From Candidatus Hemicellulosilyticus sp. P3 (GTDB lineage Bacteria > Bacteroidota > Bacteroidia > Bacteroidales > P3), in assembly GCA_001543385.1 (NCBI GenBank), contig LPNH01000005.1:17680-81679 (forward strand): DNA of 64,000 nt. Direction: 5' to 3'. Below are positions 52,126 to 60,570 of this stretch, piece by piece. The notes under the pieces were generated by a model. That model was given only the letters and a program-made list of their open reading frames with translations. It ran no database searches and was not told the DNA's origin. Position 1 is the first letter of the stretch. Each line of letters starts with the position of its first letter. The position numbers and the translations under genes are program-made.

Positions 52126-53175
52126 ATGAGTCTTATTGACGACTACATATTAGAGAGGACATGCACCTATAAAGGAGAAACTTATAAAGTGCGGGATAAT
52201 GGTGCCGTGTACCGTCAACCAAGGCCGGAGGGTAGACTTCGGAAGGATGACGGCAAGTGGACGTTTGGAGAGAAGAACACAACGAATGGATATATGTACA
52301 TTGGTCAACACCGTGTGCATATTATCGTAGCAACAGCTTTCTATGGTGAGAACGATTCCAAAGTTTATGTCGTTGACCATATAGACACCAACCGTTGTAA
52401 TAATCGCGCAGAGAATTTGCGTTGGCTAACTCGTTTGGAAAACGCTTTGCTCAATGAAGACACCTGTAGAAAAATAACATACTTGTGTGGCGGTGACATC
52501 ATGAAGTTCATCAATAACCCATCCTGTTTGCACGACCTTGCCCAAGACCCTGACATCAGTTGGATGCGTACTGTGACAGCAGAAGAGGCAAAGACTGCTT
52601 ATGCCAGAGTGCAATCAATGAGAATCCAACAGCCAAGAAACATTCATTCAGAGCTGCACATAGAAAACGAAGATTTAAAGCGCAAGGAGCAAGCAGAAGC
52701 AATGGAGTGGTACCGCACACAGAACAATTGGCGTTTTACTGCACCAAAGCAACCCATATATAGTACACCTGATCCAGTTTTCACAAAAGCGGCATATCCA
52801 GAGACCGCTTTGCAGAAAGATTGGAAAACTCCAACAGAGTTCATATGTTGTCCCATAGAATCAACAGAAACTCCATTGCAAGATTATTACAACAATCTTA
52901 CAATTGGCAAACTCTTTTCACGGAACAAATACACAGAACATACAGTATTTGATTTTGCACTAATGGACAATGATAAGATATTAATCATTGCAACAAAAGA
53001 CTCAAATCCGAATGCAATAAAACACTTTGGCCTATTGAAGGTATATCATTCCGGCATTCAGTTTATTCATGAAAGCATAAGCACGTACTTTGAAGAAAAT
53101 GGTGTTAGAAAGTATTTCAATATTGAACAAGGGTTAGATTGGAATGGACCTAATAGTATTGACGATTATTGTTAA
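52126..53175 (+). CDS. HNH_3-type endonuclease domain protein with uncharacterised C-terminal extension
   Basis: HRVHIIVATAFYGENDSKVYVVDHIDTNRCNNRAENLRWLTRLEN matches the phage/homing HNH_3 pattern (H..v....VdHid.n..nN...NLrw.t..eN). Confidence 0.75.
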   Translation: MSLIDDYILERTCTYKGETYKVRDNGAVYRQPRPEGRLRKDDGKWTFGEKNTTNGYMYIGQHRVHIIVATAFYGENDSKVYVVDHIDTNRCNNRAENLRWLTRLENALLNEDTCRKITYLCGGDIMKFINNPSCLHDLAQDPDISWMRTVTAEEAKTAYARVQSMRIQQPRNIHSELHIENEDLKRKEQAEAMEWYRTQNNWRFTAPKQPIYSTPDPVFTKAAYPETALQKDWKTPTEFICCPIESTETPLQDYYNNLTIGKLFSRNKYTEHTVFDFALMDNDKILIIATKDSNPNAIKHFGLLKVYHSGIQFIHESISTYFEENGVRKYFNIEQGLDWNGPNSIDDYC

Positions 53176-53198
53176 ACAAAAATAGATAACTCACATAA

Positions 53199-53242
53199 AT
53201 ATTAATCCTTAAACTTTTATTAATTAAACTATTATGGCAAAA
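53199..53242 (+). repeat. Direct repeat DR-R (functional nifJ leader and first three codons)
   Basis: atattaatccttaaacttttattaattaaactattATGgcaaaa is the partner of 49869-49913. Confidence 0.65.
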
Positions 53243-56200
53243 GAAAAAAAGTTTATGACTTGTGACGGCAACTGCGCTGCGGCGCACGTTGCGTACATGT
53301 TCAGCGAGGTAGCAGCTATCTACCCCATCACCCCGTCCAGCCCTATGGCCGAGTATATCGACGAGTGGGCCGCCGGCGGTCGTAAGAACCTCTTCGGCGA
53401 GACCGTGAAGGTCGTCGAGATGCAGAGCGAGGCCGGTGCCGCCGGCGCCGTGCACGGCTCGTTGCAGGCCGGTGCGCTGACCACCACCTACACCGCTTCG
53501 CAGGGTCTGCTGCTGATGATCCCCAACATGTACAAGATCGCCGGCGAGCTGCTGCCCGGCGTGTTCCACGTGAGCGCCCGCGCCCTGGCCGCCCAGGCCC
53601 TCTCCATCTTCGGCGACCACGCCGACGTGATGAGCGCCCGCCAGACCGGCTTCGCCCTGCTGGCCGAGAGCTCGGTGCAGGAGGTGATGGACCTCGCCCC
53701 TGTGGCCCACCTCGCCGCCCTCAGCGGCCGCGTGCCGTTCCTCAACTTCTTCGACGGCTTCCGCACCAGCCACGAGATCCAGAAAATCGAGGCCTGGGAT
53801 ATGGAAGACCTGCGTCCGCTGGTGGACCAGAAGGCCCTGAAGGCTTTCCGCGAGAACGCCCTGAACCCCGAGCACAACGTGACCCGCGGCACCGCCCAGA
53901 ACAGCGATGTCTACTTCCAGACCCGCGAGCTGCAGAACAAGTACTACGACGCCCTGCCCGACATCGTGGCCAAGTATATGGCTGAGATCAGCAAGCTGAC
54001 GGGCCGCCAGTACGCCCCCTTCACCTACTATGGTGCCAAGGATGCCGAGCACGTCATCGTGGCTATGGGTTCGGTGACCGAGACCATCAAGACCGTGGTC
54101 GACTACCTCAACGCCCAGGGCAAGAAGACCGGCTGCGTGACCGTTCACCTGTACCGCCCCTTCAGCGTGAAGCACCTGATGGAGGCTATGCCCAAGAGCC
54201 TGATGGAGCACGTGAAGACCATCACCGTCCTCGACCGCACCAAGGAGCCCGGCGCCAACGGCGACCCGCTGTATATGGACATCGTCGAGGCCTTCAAGGA
54301 CTGCCCCTACAAGCCCACCATTCTCGGCGGCCGCTACGGTCTGTCGAGCAAGGACACCACCCCCGCCCAGATTATCAGCGTCTTCAACAACGCCGAGGGC
54401 GAGAAGAAGAACCAATTCACCATCGGCATCGTGGACGACGTGACCTTCCGCTCGCTGCCCCTGCTGCCCGAAATCAGCATCCTGCCCAAGGGCACCTTCG
54501 AGGCCCGCTTCTACGGCCTCGGCGCCGACGGCACGGTGGGTGCCAACAAGAACAGCATCAAGATTATCGGCGACAACACCGACAAGTACAGCCAGGCCTA
54601 CTTCGACTACGACTCGAAGAAGAGCGGCGGCTACACCTGCTCGCACCTGCGCTTCGGCGACAACCCCCTGCCGGCACCCTACCTGGTCGGCACGCCCGAC
54701 TTCGTGGCCGTCCACGTGCCCAGCTACCTGCGCAAATATGACTGCCTGCGCGGCCTGAAGGACAACGGCACCTTCCTCTACAACAGCCCCTGGACCGTCG
54801 AGGAGACCAAGGCCCAGCTGCCCGACTTCGTGAAGAAGTACCTGGCGCTGCACCACATCACGATGTACATCATCGACGCCACCAAGATTGCCGCTGAAAT
54901 CGGTCTCGGCAACCGCACCAACACCATCCTCCAAAGCGCCTTCTTCAAGATCAGCGAGGTGATTCCCTACGACCTCGCCGTCGAGCAGATGAAGAAATTC
55001 ATCGTCAAGAGCTACGGCCGCAAGGGTGAGGACGTGGTCAACAAGAACTACCAGGCCGTGGACCGCGGCGGCGAGATCGTGAAGATCGACATCCCCGCAG
55101 AGTGGGCCAACCTGCCTTGCAGCACCGACTTCGCCGTCGAGAAACACGAGGGCGACCCCGAGTTCATCGCCAAGGTGATGCGCCCGATGGTGGCCCAGAC
55201 CGGCAACGACCTGCCCGTGTCGGCATTCCTCGGCTACGAGGACGGCACCTTCCCCGCCGGCACCACCGCCTACGAGAAGCGCGGCGTGGCCACCGTCGTC
55301 CCCGAGTGGATCCCCGCCAACTGCATCCAGTGCAACCAGTGCTCGCTGGTGTGCCCCCACGCCGCCATCCGCCCCTGCGTGATGACCGACGAGGAGATGA
55401 AGAATGCCCCCGAGTCGATGAAGGCCATCGACATGAAGATGCCCAAGGAACTGGCCGGTATGCACTTCCGTATGCAGGTCAGCGCTATGGACTGCACCGG
55501 CTGCGGCAACTGCGCCGATGTTTGCCCCGCCAAGGAGAAAGCCCTCGTGATGAAACCCTTCGAGAGCCAGCTCCACGAGGCAGCCAACTGGGACTACGCC
55601 CAGAAGATGGTCACCTACAAGGACAACCTCATCGACAAGAAGGCCAACGTCAAGAACAGCCAGTTCGCACAGCCCCTGTTCGAGTTCAGCGGCGCCTGCG
55701 CCGGTTGCGGCGAGACCCCGTACCTCAAGTGCATCACCCAGCTCTTCGGCGAGCAGATGATGGTGGCCAACGCCACGGGCTGTTCCTCCATCTACGGCGG
55801 CTCGGCTCCTGCCACCCCCTATTGCAAGAACTACCGCAGCGGCTTCGGTCCCGCCTGGGCCAACTCGCTGTTTGAAGACAACGCCGAGTTCGGTCTCGGC
55901 ATGGCCACCGCCACCCGCCAGATGCGCGACCGCGTGGAGCGCATTATGAAGGAAGGCCTCGGCTGCGACTGCTGCAGCGCCGAAATCAAGGCCCTCTTCA
56001 CCGAGTGGATCGAGAACCGCGAGAACACCCTCAAGACCAAGGAAATCGCCGACAAGCTCATCCCGCTGATGGAAGCCTGCGGCTGCGACATCTGCAAGCA
56101 GCTCCTCGAACTCCGCCACAGCCTCGTCAAGAAGAGCCAGTGGATCTTCGGCGGCGACGGCTGGGGCTATGACATCGGATTCGGCGGTCTGGACCACGTG

Positions 56201-56782
56201 CTGGCCAGCGGCGAGGATGTCAACGTCGTCGTCGTCGACACCGAGGTGTACTCCAACACCGGCGGACAGAGCTCGAAGGCCACCCCGGCCGGTGCTGTCG
56301 CCAAGTTCGCCACCAGCGGCAAGAAGATCCGCAAGAAAGACCTCGGTATGATCGCCAAGAGCTACGGCTACGTCTATGTGGCGCAGGTGGCTATGGGCGC
56401 CAGCCAGGCCCAGTACTTCAACGTCATCAAGGAGGCCGAGGCCTACCACGGACCGTCGCTCATCATCTGCTACGCACCCTGCATCAACCACGGTATCAAG
56501 ATCGGTATGGGCCGCACGCAGAACGAGGAGAAGAAGGCCGTCGAGTGCGGCTACTGGCACCTCTGGCACTACAACCCTGCTGAGGAAGAGGCCGGCAAAA
56601 ATGGCTTCCACCTCGACTCGAAGGAGCCCGACTGGAGCAAGTTCCGCGACTTCATTATGGGCGAGGTCCGCTACAACTCGCTGATGAAGACCTTCCCCCA
56701 GGAGGCCGAAGAGCTCTTCGTCGCCACGGAGCGCAACGCCAAGCTGCGCTATGAGGGCTACAAGAAACTCTCCGAGATGTAA
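53234..56782 (+). CDS. nifJ: Pyruvate:ferredoxin (flavodoxin) oxidoreductase
   Basis: It is 1182 aa. It has an N-terminal CDGNCAAAHVAY, two ferredoxin-type clusters (CIQCNQCSLVCPH, CTGCGNCADVCP), and the TPP-binding GGDGWGYDIGFGGLDHV. Confidence 0.98.
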   Translation: MAKEKKFMTCDGNCAAAHVAYMFSEVAAIYPITPSSPMAEYIDEWAAGGRKNLFGETVKVVEMQSEAGAAGAVHGSLQAGALTTTYTASQGLLLMIPNMYKIAGELLPGVFHVSARALAAQALSIFGDHADVMSARQTGFALLAESSVQEVMDLAPVAHLAALSGRVPFLNFFDGFRTSHEIQKIEAWDMEDLRPLVDQKALKAFRENALNPEHNVTRGTAQNSDVYFQTRELQNKYYDALPDIVAKYMAEISKLTGRQYAPFTYYGAKDAEHVIVAMGSVTETIKTVVDYLNAQGKKTGCVTVHLYRPFSVKHLMEAMPKSLMEHVKTITVLDRTKEPGANGDPLYMDIVEAFKDCPYKPTILGGRYGLSSKDTTPAQIISVFNNAEGEKKNQFTIGIVDDVTFRSLPLLPEISILPKGTFEARFYGLGADGTVGANKNSIKIIGDNTDKYSQAYFDYDSKKSGGYTCSHLRFGDNPLPAPYLVGTPDFVAVHVPSYLRKYDCLRGLKDNGTFLYNSPWTVEETKAQLPDFVKKYLALHHITMYIIDATKIAAEIGLGNRTNTILQSAFFKISEVIPYDLAVEQMKKFIVKSYGRKGEDVVNKNYQAVDRGGEIVKIDIPAEWANLPCSTDFAVEKHEGDPEFIAKVMRPMVAQTGNDLPVSAFLGYEDGTFPAGTTAYEKRGVATVVPEWIPANCIQCNQCSLVCPHAAIRPCVMTDEEMKNAPESMKAIDMKMPKELAGMHFRMQVSAMDCTGCGNCADVCPAKEKALVMKPFESQLHEAANWDYAQKMVTYKDNLIDKKANVKNSQFAQPLFEFSGACAGCGETPYLKCITQLFGEQMMVANATGCSSIYGGSAPATPYCKNYRSGFGPAWANSLFEDNAEFGLGMATATRQMRDRVERIMKEGLGCDCCSAEIKALFTEWIENRENTLKTKEIADKLIPLMEACGCDICKQLLELRHSLVKKSQWIFGGDGWGYDIGFGGLDHVLASGEDVNVVVVDTEVYSNTGGQSSKATPAGAVAKFATSGKKIRKKDLGMIAKSYGYVYVAQVAMGASQAQYFNVIKEAEAYHGPSLIICYAPCINHGIKIGMGRTQNEEKKAVECGYWHLWHYNPAEEEAGKNGFHLDSKEPDWSKFRDFIMGEVRYNSLMKTFPQEAEELFVATERNAKLRYEGYKKLSEM

Positions 56783-56803
56783 TCTAATATAGATTGCAAA
56801 CCC

Positions 56804-56835
56804 AAGTTGTGGAGGTCGAGAGGCCTCCACAACTT
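56804..56835 (+). terminator. Terminator hairpin after nifJ
   Basis: A 12-bp stem aagttgtggagg / cctccacaactt lies 22 nt after the stop codon. Confidence 0.6.
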
Positions 56836-56852
56836 CAAAGAAAGAATATAAC

Positions 56853-57935
56853 ATGACACTACTTAATAATAAATGCACCCCAATTCAACTGGATTTGTTC
56901 CAATTGCAAAAACAATATCCAGATACTATTGTCAAGAAAAACGACCTTGATGATAGTTATGATGATTTAGATTTGTCTAAAAATGTATTGGTGTGCAACG
57001 TCAAGAAAGATAATGTAGAACATTTCTTGGACGGCTCTGCCAAGATTTATTATACCGGCTTACGTTTTCCTTCATCTGTAGCTCTCAATAAGCTATACTA
57101 TTTTATCCCCTATATCGGCAAGAAATGCGACCTTGACTACTGCGGCATCCGAGACTTGTACATTATCAAAATTGCCCGTATCGGTTCACGTCGAGAGGGT
57201 GAACTTGATAATGACCCCAACGATTTACGCTTGGTTTTTGAGTTAAAGTTTGTAAAACATTTATTTAATGAATATAAACCAATAAAATTACAGATTTACC
57301 AGACATTCACCGATACAACACTTGAGCAGTTACTAGAAAATCAGAAAACAAAGACCAAACTATTGCCCAATCATTTAACATATATAAGCCTTTTTAGTAG
57401 TGCAGGTGTGGGGTGTTATGGCTTCAAGCAAGAAAACTATTCGTGCATTGCCACCGTTGAACTCATTGAGCGTCGTCTCAACGTACAGAAGTACAATCAT
57501 AAATGCACGTTCAATAGCGGATATATCTGTGGTGACATAACCCTTGCCGAAACACAGAACCGAGTGTTTCAAGAATTACAAATGTGGAGGCGAACCAGTG
57601 GGTTAACCGAGGTTGATGTGCTGATAGCAACGCCACCTTGTCAAGGAATGTCTGTTGCTAACCACAAGAAAGGCGATGAACTAAAACGCAACTCCCTCGT
57701 AGTAGAATCCATTAAACTTATACGAGATATTAACCCGCGTTTTTTTATTTTCGAGAACGTACCTGCTTTTCTTAAATCCATCTGTACAGATATTGATGGT
57801 ATTGACAAACCTATTGGAGAGGCCATAGAATTAGATCTTTTAATTTCCCCCATCCAACTGAAAACCGCCCCCATCCCTAAAATCTTCAAAAAATCAGCTT
57901 TCCACGTGTTACTTTTTCACTGTTTTTGCAACTAA
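56853..57935 (+). pseudogene. Truncated DNA (cytosine-5)-methyltransferase with an uncharacterised ~170-aa N-terminal domain
   Basis: Motif I (LFSSAGVGCYGF), motif IV (TPPCQGMS) and motif VI (FIFENVPAF) are present. Motif VIII, the TRD, and motifs IX/X are absent. The reading frame runs into repeat R1 and stops inside it. Confidence 0.7.
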
Positions 57936-57951
57936 TTATATAGAGGGCGAC
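57863..57951 (+). promoter_or_regulatory. Repeat element R1 (core 57906-57951; TGCAAC-N15-CGAC at 57927-57951)
   Basis: The core GTGTTACTTTTTCACTGTTTTTGCAACTAATTATATAGAGGGCGAC is near-identical to 59554-59600 and 62564-62610. The upstream part AACCGCCCCCATCCCTA matches 59453-59469. Confidence 0.55.
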
Positions 57952-58087
57952 CCTATAGAGGACATCCCCACCACACCGTGATTTTGCACTTGGAGTAATA
58001 ACATTAGACGGAACCAAACAGACAATAATCTAAATGTTTTATTTGAATTATTTAATTAATTAAAATAAACAACAATAAAAAAAGATT

Positions 58088-58684
58088 ATGTCAGACAAAC
58101 CTAAAACAGAAATCAAAGTAGAACGTGTTAATACTACATATAGTTGGTATTGGGCTGTAGTATGGTATGATGCAGACGGCAATGAAATTGGCTACTGCTA
58201 TGGATATGAAAATTCAAAGCGTGAAGCAAAAAAAGAAGCGAAGGAAGCCTCAAAGGGAGACCCTTGTTATCCGGAGCAAAAGAAAGGGGCTGTAAAAGCA
58301 GACCCCACAGTATCGGCGAAAATCCACATCCAGCCGCCTCACATCGATGCAAAAATAATAAACGGTCACTTGGCTTACTTCTCCATGGAGAATCCCCAAG
58401 GGAAAAGAGTCGTGTTCTCCACACGCGACATGTCAGAAAACACTGCATTCTGGGTGTTCGGCATGGATTGCTATGATCCGGAACTTTCGACAAAAGCGGA
58501 ACTTGTTGCTGCAATGCTAAAAATTTGGGGTGTTTATGTACATGGTGAAGAGTCGGAGAAAGAACTGAAAAGAATTCATCAGTTATCTGACGAACACTTC
58601 GCCATTATTGCAGAAAAAAGGTGGAATCATATAACCATTGAATGCTATGAAGACGGCTCGTTTAACTGGTCTTTTATTGATTAG
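58088..58684 (+). CDS. Hypothetical protein (first gene of unit 1)
   Basis: A 198-aa ORF, 137 nt downstream of R1. No recognisable family. Confidence 0.6.
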   Translation: MSDKPKTEIKVERVNTTYSWYWAVVWYDADGNEIGYCYGYENSKREAKKEAKEASKGDPCYPEQKKGAVKADPTVSAKIHIQPPHIDAKIINGHLAYFSMENPQGKRVVFSTRDMSENTAFWVFGMDCYDPELSTKAELVAAMLKIWGVYVHGEESEKELKRIHQLSDEHFAIIAEKRWNHITIECYEDGSFNWSFID

Positions 58685-59240
58685 TTTCATTCTTCTGGGA
58701 TATTCTGGACGGACAGTCGCCCAGAATATCCCCAATATGATTAAATTGGATAAAACCGGGGTTTATATCGACAAAACGGCAGTGTCCATAAGAGGGTGGC
58801 ATGAGTATGTCTGGTACATGTACAAAACCTACGGTATGGATTCCGAACAGTTCCTCTCTACAAAGTGCGACAGCGCAGTTTTTCAGAATCACTACAACCA
58901 TGTTTTCCTATACCCTTATACCCAAGGAATGGGGAAAATTGAAAAGTATGGTTTTTCGAGCGGCGACATAAACTTCATGAACGAAGAATATGGCAAACAC
59001 CCGATGGTCGGCCTGTCGTATGAGCAATGCGTGGCATTTTGCAACTGGCGGACGGAGATGTATAATAAAGTCCACAAGAAGAAACTTCGGTTCCGAATGC
59101 CAACGTCCGAAGAATTGCGTAAAGCGTCAGGGTTACGTCGAGTAAAGATGTCAGACAATGGAAATGGCGAGATTGCTTCAGATGCCACCGTGACGGAACT
59201 AGGAACATTCCGTTGTGTTGCAACATTATTATCGGAATAA
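58647..59240 (+). CDS. Secreted protein with partial FGE-sulfatase/SUMF1-like domain
   Basis: It has a signal peptide (MKTARLTGLLLISFILLGYSG). HPMVGLSYEQCVAFCNWRTEMY...FRMPTSEELRKA resembles the P.v.VsW.dA.aFC.W...yRLPTEaEWe core of SUMF1/EgtB/PvdO-family domains. It overlaps the preceding gene by 38 nt. Confidence 0.45.
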   Translation: MKTARLTGLLLISFILLGYSGRTVAQNIPNMIKLDKTGVYIDKTAVSIRGWHEYVWYMYKTYGMDSEQFLSTKCDSAVFQNHYNHVFLYPYTQGMGKIEKYGFSSGDINFMNEEYGKHPMVGLSYEQCVAFCNWRTEMYNKVHKKKLRFRMPTSEELRKASGLRRVKMSDNGNGEIASDATVTELGTFRCVATLLSE

Positions 59241-59377
59241 GTATATTCAACATTGATTGAAACGGACGCTCGCTTGTCGAGTCGAAACCTCGACAAAAAA
59301 GCATTGAAACAGCCACACATTCAAATCAAGCAGATTATCAACCCCGATACGAAAAAAAACCATCCTCTTCACCATCA

Positions 59378-59411
59378 CGGCAAGCGTCACCCACGTTTGC
59401 CGTTTTTTTTT
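59378..59411 (+). terminator. Rho-independent terminator ending unit 1
   Basis: A 10-bp stem cggcaagcgt/acgtttgccg (one G-U pair) with a 5-nt loop, followed by T9. An A8 run upstream makes it potentially bidirectional. Confidence 0.65.
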
Positions 59412-59452
59412 AAGGAGTCTTTTGTAGGCGCATCGCTCGCTGAGGGCTCACT

Positions 59453-59600
59453 AACCGCCACCATCCCTATACCCCATCCTTGAAAAACACAACACAACGC
59501 AAATACCTAACGATCAGTTATTAAAAAACTTCCGCAAAATATTTTCAATTTCCGTGTTACTTTTTCACTGTTTTTGCAACTAATTATTATAGAGGGCGAT
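59453..59600 (+). promoter_or_regulatory. Repeat element R2 (core 59554-59600; TGCAAC-N16-CGAT at 59575-59600)
   Basis: The core GTGTTACTTTTTCACTGTTTTTGCAACTAATTATTATAGAGGGCGAT lies 61 nt upstream of ATG 59661. Confidence 0.55.
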
Positions 59601-59660
59601 TAAAGTGGTACCATAATAAAAAGCTTCTTTGGAAAAAAATAACACTAAAAAAACAAAAAA

Positions 59661-59876
59661 ATGGAATACGCAATTGAAACTTTCAATGAACAAAACTTGG
59701 GCAGAATTTCAATAACTGCTAGAAAACCATCCGAAATGTCTGAAATAGAAATAATCAATGACATTGACAAATTAGATGGTCAGTGTGTGTCAAAGACACA
59801 CTATAAAGACACCACGGGTGCATATCGTGAAGATATCAAAATTGGCTGTGTGACGATAAAAATCAATAACTATTAA
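59661..59876 (+). CDS. Small protein, candidate RiPP precursor/structural peptide
   Basis: A 71-aa ORF, first gene after R2. Its C-terminal third (CVSKTHYKDTTGAYREDIKIGCV) is rich in Thr/Lys/Asp/Glu and has two Cys. It is immediately followed by a perfect 15-bp hairpin. Confidence 0.5.
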   Translation: MEYAIETFNEQNLGRISITARKPSEMSEIEIINDIDKLDGQCVSKTHYKDTTGAYREDIKIGCVTIKINNY

Positions 59877-59918
59877 ATTGAGGCCAAAGCCTTTGTTGGC
59901 TTTGGCCTCAATTTTTAG
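59877..59918 (+). terminator. Perfect 15-bp hairpin plus T-run (intra-operon attenuator/terminator)
   Basis: attgaggccaaagcc-tttgtt-ggctttggcctcaat-tttt starts 1 nt after the stop of the 71-aa ORF. Confidence 0.7.
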
Positions 59919-59922
59919 TATT

Positions 59923-60570
59923 ATGTTAACACTTTTATTTTTGGGTTCATTCTTTTTTGCCTATACTGAACAAACTGTTTATTCAGCATCAACGGAATAT
60001 GTGTTCTCCATTGAATACCATGACGACGACACAACTTACTCGTCATTTATTAGTATGTGGACGGATTTGAATTCCTGGGAGAATCAGTCTAATCAAAAAA
60101 CATTATATTATCATTATCATGCGGACTCTACAACTATCGGGATATGGCCAATTACAGCTCATGAAACAACAGGTATAATAGAAACATCTGCTAAAATCTG
60201 GTTACACCCTCCCAGAAGTGGGCATCTTGAGATATTAGAATACTTTCCATTTCCGGAAATAAAGAAGGCCACCAATAAAAAAAGATTCTATAGATATTTT
60301 ATTGGGAATTGTGATTTTCTTAACAAATGGGTATGGCTAAAATACAGAATGGTCTTATCCGATGCTATGGAAAAAATATATTGGGGACAAAAAAACATTC
60401 CCGTAAAAACACTACAAGGAAAAGCAAGAACGAAAGAGGGAGAATGGAGCGTACTCTATTATTACAACGAACAAATGGGATTTGTATATTGGCATTATAA
60501 CTATTGTGACAAAATAATAATCAAATTAAAACTGGAAAAAATAATTCCGCATGATCTTAATTCTTTCTGA
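59923..60570 (+). CDS. Hypothetical single-pass membrane protein
   Basis: It has an N-terminal TM segment (MLTLLFLGSFFFAY). The start is moved to ATG 59923 because codons 1-15 of the ORF-track entry (TTG 59878) are the translated hairpin. Confidence 0.6.
   Translation: MLTLLFLGSFFFAYTEQTVYSASTEYVFSIEYHDDDTTYSSFISMWTDLNSWENQSNQKTLYYHYHADSTTIGIWPITAHETTGIIETSAKIWLHPPRSGHLEILEYFPFPEIKKATNKKRFYRYFIGNCDFLNKWVWLKYRMVLSDAMEKIYWGQKNIPVKTLQGKARTKEGEWSVLYYYNEQMGFVYWHYNYCDKIIIKLKLEKIIPHDLNSF

Larger units (their letters stand above)
49869..53242. other. AT-rich accessory island A inserted at the 5' end of nifJ, bounded by 45-bp imperfect direct repeats
   Basis: There are sharp compositional breaks at both ends, direct repeats at 49869-49913 and 53199-53242, and phage-associated cargo (ORF6N, Bro-N, HNH). 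Confidence 0.6.

Noticed and set aside
53150-56878. A 1242-aa ORF on the minus strand spanning all of nifJ
   Set aside because: It is an antisense shadow of a strongly GC3-biased gene. The translation is low-complexity (A/G/V/L/H/D-rich) with no motifs, while the plus-strand product carries unmistakable PFOR motifs.
57906-57951. Reading the R-element core as a sigma-54 promoter (…CAC-N5-TTGCA) or as a standard sigma-A promoter
   Set aside because: The -24 GG dinucleotide is absent (TTCAC in R1/R2, TTCGT in R3). No TAnnTTTG -7 box is present at a suitable distance either. The ECF-like TGCAAC-N16-CGAY reading fits better, but it remains a hypothesis.
59253-59483. A 76-aa ORF between unit 1 and repeat R2
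   Set aside because: It runs straight through two hairpins, including the T9 terminator at 59378-59411. It has biased composition and no start context, so it is most likely non-coding.
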